Source: an uncultured bacterium
GTDB taxonomy: Bacteria; Krumholzibacteriota; Krumholzibacteriia; Krumholzibacteriales; CAZTHK01
Reading direction: 5' to 3'
Assembly (NCBI GenBank): GCA_964613215.1
Contig: CAZTHK010000014.1
Location: 23,216 to 87,215, forward strand
Length of the DNA stretch: 64,000 nt
A program made the position numbers and the translations under genes. Below the pieces are notes generated by a model that ran no database searches, was not told where the DNA came from, and saw only the letters and a program-made list of their open reading frames with translations. The first letter of the stretch is position 1. Each line of letters begins with the position of its first letter. Below, piece by piece: positions 59,330-64,000 of this stretch.

Positions 59330-59368
59330 TACTGCTGCCGGGTTCCTGCCCGGTGGCAGTATTTTATT
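59330..59368 (+). terminator. rho-independent terminator
   Basis: It has a 13-bp stem TACTGCTGCCGGG / CCCGGTGGCAGTA (two G-U pairs) with a 6-nt loop, followed by TTTTATT. Confidence 0.7.
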
Positions 59369-59534
59369 ATCGGATACGGGCATGAGCGTGGATGACAGAT
59401 AAAATAATTTTTTTCTGGAAGAGTTCCCCGGGGGATGATATACTCCGAATCATCAGTCAGAGGACGGTGATGGAAAACCGGATGCCGGAAAGGCCGTTTG
59501 CGATAGCCGGTATCCCGTAGAGTGAAGGAGGAGG

Positions 59535-60182
59535 ATGATGATGAGGAATGTTTGCCAGATCAGTATGACTGTTGTTTTTCTTCCCGTTTTAATTCTTTCT
59601 ATTTCAACTGCTTCTCAGTCACAGGTTATGATCAACGAGTTCATGCCGGATCCCGCCACCGACTGGGATGGAGACGGTGAAGTAAATTACCGTGATGACG
59701 AATGGGTTGAGATAAAGAACAGGGGAGACAGTGCGGTGGATCTATCCGGCTATCTTCTCGCCGATGGTATTGAAGAGCCCCAGTGGCGATACGGATTGGC
59801 GGGACAACTGATGCCCGGAGAGGTGCTGGTGGTTTTCGGAAGTGATTCCAGGGCCTGGGAGGAGTCCAATCAGTTTCCCAGGTATGGATTGAGCCTGAAT
59901 AACAGTGGTGACCGGATTTCAGTGTTCCGGGTAGAGAACGGGGATACTGTATGCATCCATTACTATACCTACCAGGATGAGGTGGTTGGCGATGACAGAT
60001 CGGTGGGAATCAGTGCCGATCCACAGGAGGGTTGGGTAGTCTTCGATGCCTACAGTCCCTGTGATGGCGCCTGTGGAATCCCCGGCAGCGGATGTATACC
60101 CACTCCCGGCTCCCCCAACCAGTGTACCACCGGAGTGGAATCGGAAAGCTGGGGGAGCATTAAACAGAAGTTCAGCCGTTGA
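59535..60182 (+). CDS. secreted lamin-tail-domain (LTD) protein with the C-terminal ESESWGSIKQKFSR tail
   Basis: It has a signal peptide, then INEFMPDP...DEWVEIKNRGDSAVDLSGYLLAD, which is the LTD signature. A Cys-rich segment follows. The C-terminal 16 aa are GVESESWGSIKQKFSR (60132-60179). Confidence 0.8.
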   Translation: MMMRNVCQISMTVVFLPVLILSISTASQSQVMINEFMPDPATDWDGDGEVNYRDDEWVEIKNRGDSAVDLSGYLLADGIEEPQWRYGLAGQLMPGEVLVVFGSDSRAWEESNQFPRYGLSLNNSGDRISVFRVENGDTVCIHYYTYQDEVVGDDRSVGISADPQEGWVVFDAYSPCDGACGIPGSGCIPTPGSPNQCTTGVESESWGSIKQKFSR

Positions 60183-60305
60183 GCGGCATGAATGAAGCAA
60201 AGTAATATTCAGACTGTATCTTTTTAATAGATATTCCATCACCGTCCCTGTTTATTTGAATTGTACTTTGCTTAAAATTTCACTTTTTGCTAATATTATT
60301 CAGTT

Positions 60306-62000
60306 ATGGAAATAGAAGAGAAGAAACAAGAAAATACCCGGATGGAAAACTGCTGGGAGTTCAACCACTGTCAGGATAAGGACTGTCCCGCCTACGGCCG
60401 TGAAAACTCTCCCTGCTGGGAGATAACCGGTCACCGCTGCCGTGACCGGGTCTTCCCCAGGGTGGAAGAGAAGTTGATCAGGTGTTGTTTCAACTGTGAC
60501 TACTTCAAGATGATCAAGACAAGGGTGAAGGGGAGAAGATGGGTTGATATAACTCTCCTGGAGACCATGGAGGATGCTCTGAAAAGGTCCTCCCGCTATT
60601 CCAATAAGGTGGAGGATCTCTATATGGAGGTGATCAGAAGGAGCAAGTTGATGAATCTGCTGGGAGAGGTCAGCAGGATCATCGCACGCCTGGACAAGGA
60701 AGAGGATATCATGCTGGCCATCCTTACCGTGATTACGGCCAAGGAGGGTCTGGGGTTTAACCGCGCCTTCGTGTTCATGCATGGTCCCGAACTGGGGATA
60801 CTAAGGGGAAAATACGCCCTGGGGCCATCCACCTATGAGGAAGCTGAAAATATCTGGAGGATCCTGAACCGGGATTCATCTATTTCTCTGGAGAAACTGG
60901 TGAGCAAGGGGCAGAAGCTTCACTTCCTGCGTAACAGTCCTCTTACCAGCATGACCCGCCAGCTGGCACTGCCAACCTCCAATCAGGACAGCGTTATTAC
61001 CAGAGGCATGCACGAGGTGAGATTTCTCAGCCGGAATGAGCTGAATAACAGATCGGATATAGAAGTGGCTACAGCCCTGGGGCTGGAGGGTTTCTGTGTC
61101 TGTCCCATTGCCACAGACGAGGACAAGCTGGGACTGCTGATAGTGGATAATATCTTCACCGGCAAGAAGATTACCGCTGAGGACGCCCACCTGCTGGAGA
61201 TGATAACCAGTCACGCCAGTACATCTCTGAGGGCGGCTCAACTTAAGGAGTCCCTGGACCGGAATGTCAGGAGCCTTAAGGATACTTACAGAAAATTAAA
61301 GATGAACGAAGAAAGAATGATGAAGGCGGAGAGACTTGCCATATCGGGAGAGTTAACCTCATCGGTTATCCACGAGATCAAGAATCCTCTGGTGGCCATA
61401 GGGGGATTCGCCAGGAATCTCTACTATTCCCATAGTCTCAACGAAGCTGACCGGAACAAAGCCGAGATAATTATGAAGGAATCACTGCGGCTGGAGAAAT
61501 ATCTGGAAAAGCTCCAGAGGAGAGTGGGTGAGTTGAATCTGGAGGAGACCGACGTAAACCAGGTTCTGGAAGATGGGTGCCAGTTGATTTCCAGTGATCT
61601 GGAAAGCAACAATATCGAAATGGTTAAGAGTTACCATCCCGATCTTCCGAGCTGCCAGCTGGATGTGGTTAAAATTCACGAGGTAGTGCTGAATATACTG
61701 CAGAATGCCATGGATGCGGTGGGCCGGGATGGCAAGATAAAAGTGGAATCGAAGAAGGATAAACAGGGCAATATTATCATAGAGATCCATGACGACGGGG
61801 TGGGTATCAGTCGAAGTGACAGGGAGAGGATATTTACTCCATTCTTTACCACCAAGGACAAGGGATCGGGTCTTGGTCTGGCCTTTGCCCAGAAGATAAT
61901 TAAAGCACACCGGGGGGATATCTCAGTGGAAAGCATCCCCGATGAAGGCACAATCTTCAGAATAACACTGCCTCCCATGGAGGAGAAAAGGGAAGATTAA
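60306..62000 (+). CDS. sensor histidine kinase: cysteine-rich (two-CW-like) N-terminal domain + GAF-like domain + HisKA + HATPase_c
   Basis: The N-terminus is NCWEFNHCQDKDCPAYGRENSPCWEITGHRCRD...CCFNCDYF. It has an H-box SSVIHEIKNPL, an N-box LNILQNAMDA, G1 HDDGVGI and G2 GSGLGLAFA. It has no TM segments, and no adjacent response regulator. Confidence 0.85.
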   Translation: MEIEEKKQENTRMENCWEFNHCQDKDCPAYGRENSPCWEITGHRCRDRVFPRVEEKLIRCCFNCDYFKMIKTRVKGRRWVDITLLETMEDALKRSSRYSNKVEDLYMEVIRRSKLMNLLGEVSRIIARLDKEEDIMLAILTVITAKEGLGFNRAFVFMHGPELGILRGKYALGPSTYEEAENIWRILNRDSSISLEKLVSKGQKLHFLRNSPLTSMTRQLALPTSNQDSVITRGMHEVRFLSRNELNNRSDIEVATALGLEGFCVCPIATDEDKLGLLIVDNIFTGKKITAEDAHLLEMITSHASTSLRAAQLKESLDRNVRSLKDTYRKLKMNEERMMKAERLAISGELTSSVIHEIKNPLVAIGGFARNLYYSHSLNEADRNKAEIIMKESLRLEKYLEKLQRRVGELNLEETDVNQVLEDGCQLISSDLESNNIEMVKSYHPDLPSCQLDVVKIHEVVLNILQNAMDAVGRDGKIKVESKKDKQGNIIIEIHDDGVGISRSDRERIFTPFFTTKDKGSGLGLAFAQKIIKAHRGDISVESIPDEGTIFRITLPPMEEKRED

Positions 62001-62236
62001 CCCTCCGGCCTTATATCATGCCTCCGCACCCCGGCCGGGCTGATATATTTTCAGGGAACAATTGACAATAAAGGAGATATGCTTTATTCTACTGATTCCT
62101 GTAATTTCTTGCTCTGTTTTGATTAAAACTCTGGCAGAGCCATTCTGAACAAAGGAGGTGCGGGCAGGACGCTCCACTTCCGTACCGATACTTTTATACA
62201 GGTTTGATTCTTCTTGCGCCATGGAGTGGATTATAT

Positions 62237-62761
62237 ATGGTGGAGAAAACCGGAACTTTTCAGGTATATACCGGAAATGGCAAGGGTAAGACCACTGCAG
62301 CTGTGGGACAGGCGGTGCGGGCGGTGGGACACGGCTGGAAGGTACTGATGATACAGTTCATGAAGGGGAGGCTATACGGCGAACTGGCCGCATCCAGGAA
62401 GATGGAGGGTTTTATTATAGAACAGCATGGCAGGGATGAGTTTGTGAACCCAAAAAATCCGGCCCAGGTGGACAGGGATCTGGCAGAGAAGGGATGGAAG
62501 AGGGGGGTAGAGGCGGTGAAGAGTGGGGAGTGGGATATGATCATTCTGGATGAGATAAATGTGGCCATCGATTTCGGATTGATCGAAGCGGACAGGGTGA
62601 TAGAGCTTATAAAAAACAGGCCGGAATCACTGGAGCTTATCTTTACCGGGAGATATGTTCCCCTCCGGGTGATGGAGCTGGCGGACACAGTTACCGAGAT
62701 GATTGAGATAAAACATCACTACCGCAAGGGAATTGAATCGAGGGAGGGAATAGAGTACTGA
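62237..62761 (+). CDS. cobO: cob(I)yrinic acid a,c-diamide (cob(I)alamin) adenosyltransferase, CobO/BtuR type
   Basis: VYTGNGKGKTTAAVGQAVRAVGHGWKVLMIQFMKG...ILDEINVAI...ELIFTGR. The ATG at 62237 lies within an ORF open from the TTG at 62204. Confidence 0.9.
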   Translation: MVEKTGTFQVYTGNGKGKTTAAVGQAVRAVGHGWKVLMIQFMKGRLYGELAASRKMEGFIIEQHGRDEFVNPKNPAQVDRDLAEKGWKRGVEAVKSGEWDMIILDEINVAIDFGLIEADRVIELIKNRPESLELIFTGRYVPLRVMELADTVTEMIEIKHHYRKGIESREGIEY

Positions 62762-62770
62762 AAACCCGGA

Positions 62771-63784
62771 ATGAGCAGCCAGACAGGTTTGAAATGCACG
62801 GCGGATATACAGCGTAGAGGTAGCATATTGGAAATAAAGGATCTTATAACCGGTTTCCAGGAGGGTAAGGTAGCTGCGGCAGCCCGGCTTATATCCGTAA
62901 TCGAGGATGGCGGCGAAGAAGCGGAGAAGGCCATGGATGCTATCTTTCACCGGGTCAACGGAGTCCCCCGGCTGGGTTTTACCGGTCCCCCGGGAGCAGG
63001 CAAGAGCACCCTGGTTTATAACCTTACCGGACTGTACCGGGCCAGGGATAAGAAGATTGGTATTATTGCAGTAGATCCCACCAGTCCGTTCAGCGGGGGA
63101 GCACTTCTGGGCGACCGGATCAGGATGCAGAAACTTTCGGGGGACAGCGGGGTTTTTGTCAGGAGCCTGGCCAGCCGGGGCAGTCTGGGGGGTATTTCAA
63201 ACTGCACCGACGATGTTGCCGATCTGATGGATGCATTCGGAAAGGATATGGTGTTAATAGAAACGGTGGGAGTGGGGCAGTCCGAACTGGAGGTGGCAGA
63301 TAAGGCTCATACCGTGGTGGTGGTTCTGGTTCCGGAATCGGGAGATGGAATTCAGGCCATGAAGGCCGGACTTATGGAAATCGGTGATATCTTCGTGATG
63401 AACAAATCGGACCACCCCGACGCAGAGATGGCAGCCAGGGAGCTGGAAGAGGTGCTGAGGATGAAAGAGGTAGGGGAGGGGGGGTGGAGGCCGCCGGTGG
63501 TATTGACTTCGGCATTGGAGAAAAAGGGAACCGGGCAGCTTATCCACGGAATAGATAAACATCAGAAGCATCTCAAGGAAAAGGGCGGATTCGAGACAAA
63601 GAGGAGGAGCATCCTTTGCTCCCGGGTAAAGAGCGCTTTCATGGATAAGGTGGAGAAGAAATTTCTGGATGATCCCCAGGTGGAAGAGATAATGAACCGG
63701 CAGATGGAGGAGGTCTACCGTGGAGATCTATCCCCCTACCGGGTGGTCAGGGAACTGGAGGGGATGCTGGGAATCAGGGGATAA
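62771..63784 (+). CDS. meaB: methylmalonyl-CoA mutase-associated GTPase MeaB (ArgK family)
   Basis: It has the P-loop GPPGAGKSTL, plus VDPTSPFSGGALLGDRIRM, FVRSLASRGSLGG, ETVGVGQSE and MNKSD. Confidence 0.93.
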   Translation: MSSQTGLKCTADIQRRGSILEIKDLITGFQEGKVAAAARLISVIEDGGEEAEKAMDAIFHRVNGVPRLGFTGPPGAGKSTLVYNLTGLYRARDKKIGIIAVDPTSPFSGGALLGDRIRMQKLSGDSGVFVRSLASRGSLGGISNCTDDVADLMDAFGKDMVLIETVGVGQSELEVADKAHTVVVVLVPESGDGIQAMKAGLMEIGDIFVMNKSDHPDAEMAARELEEVLRMKEVGEGGWRPPVVLTSALEKKGTGQLIHGIDKHQKHLKEKGGFETKRRSILCSRVKSAFMDKVEKKFLDDPQVEEIMNRQMEEVYRGDLSPYRVVRELEGMLGIRG

Positions 63785-63935
63785 GAGTTTGCTGATTATT
63801 TAACTGCCGGCGGGAAAAGTTTTAGCTGAACAACCGGAGGAATTTTGATAGAATGCAGTTTCCATGAAGACACTTTCTAATTATATAGCCGAAAAGTGAC
63901 AGGTACACCGGTAAGGTTAGAAAAGTGAGGACCCC

Positions 63936-64000
63936 ATGAGTGATAACAGTGATGAGTTGAAAAAGGCCAGGAAAAGATACCGTGAGGAGTACGGTAAGCA
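63936..64000 (+). CDS. 5' end of an unidentified gene (context suggests an acyl-CoA/methylmalonyl-CoA mutase subunit)
   Basis: The ATG at 63936 is preceded by GTGAGGA. The translation is MSDNSDELKKARKRYREEYGK... and runs off the window. The product guess rests only on the cobO-meaB context. Confidence 0.3.
   Translation, partial: MSDNSDELKKARKRYREEYGK

Noticed and set aside
58405-59392. An exact 15-nt repeat GGGCATGAGCGTGGA at 58405-58419 and 59378-59392, plus a 12-nt TTTTTTCTGGAA shared near 58070 and 59408.
   Set aside because: For a 64-kb window, about two exact 15-mer pairs and many 12-mer pairs are expected by chance. The flanks show no extended similarity and the order of the two repeats differs.
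62001-62236. A possible cobalamin riboswitch in the cobO leader.
   Set aside because: I could not find a B12-box-like sequence or the conserved core helices by eye. It remains to be confirmed with Infernal, as noted in the findings.
1-64000. A search for CRISPR arrays, transposases or integrases, toxin-antitoxin pairs, restriction-modification systems or other defence systems.
   Set aside because: I saw no direct-repeat and spacer periodicity, no DDE or tyrosine/serine recombinase motifs, and no defence-gene signatures in any frame. The window is dominated by housekeeping operons.

Overview
This is a gene-dense chromosomal segment from a diderm bacterium, with nearly all genes on the + strand. 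I cannot assign a lineage without a database search. Native genes use AGG/AGA heavily for arginine, and a DUF5683-like protein hints at an FCB-type or candidate-phylum organism.

Positions 1 to about 53.8 kb are conserved backbone. In order they contain:
- a 3'-truncated pyruvate:ferredoxin oxidoreductase on the minus strand, which is absent from the supplied ORF track
- glmM-like, glmS and ridA
- tRNA-Sec
- a DUF5683-like membrane protein and lepB
- hrcA-grpE-dnaK-dnaJ
- rsmE
- yqeY-cvpA-mutS2-dnaG-rpoD, followed by tRNA(CAU)
- a 7-bladed BNR propeller lipoprotein
- a COG1579 Zn-ribbon protein, RNase HI and RNase P RNA
- recJ-dtd-maf-yjbQ-mtnA
- rplM-rpsI
- rpsB-tsf-pyrH-frr-uppS-cdsA-dxr-rseP
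- an Omp85 gene, tamB and a second, atypical Omp85
- uvrD
- gatCAB

From about 53.8 kb the content becomes accessory:
- an ECF sigma factor with a zinc-type anti-sigma factor
- a compositionally foreign catalase segment flanked by a truncated FN3-like lipoprotein gene
- an unlisted 45-aa Zn-ribbon ORF
- two adjacent secreted proteins that share a short C-terminal tag
- a histidine kinase with a cysteine-rich N-terminus
- cobO, meaB and the start of a probable mutase gene

I saw no CRISPR array, transposase, integrase, rRNA or recognisable defence system.

The best candidates for something undescribed are:
1. The 1094-aa zincin + PD40 propeller + Omp85 barrel chimera encoded right after tamB.
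2. The shared ES-x-SWG-x-[IV]K-x-x-[YF]-(S)-R-COOH tail on the two neighbouring secreted proteins.

All functional calls come from motif-level reading of the supplied translations and my own translation. No searches were run.
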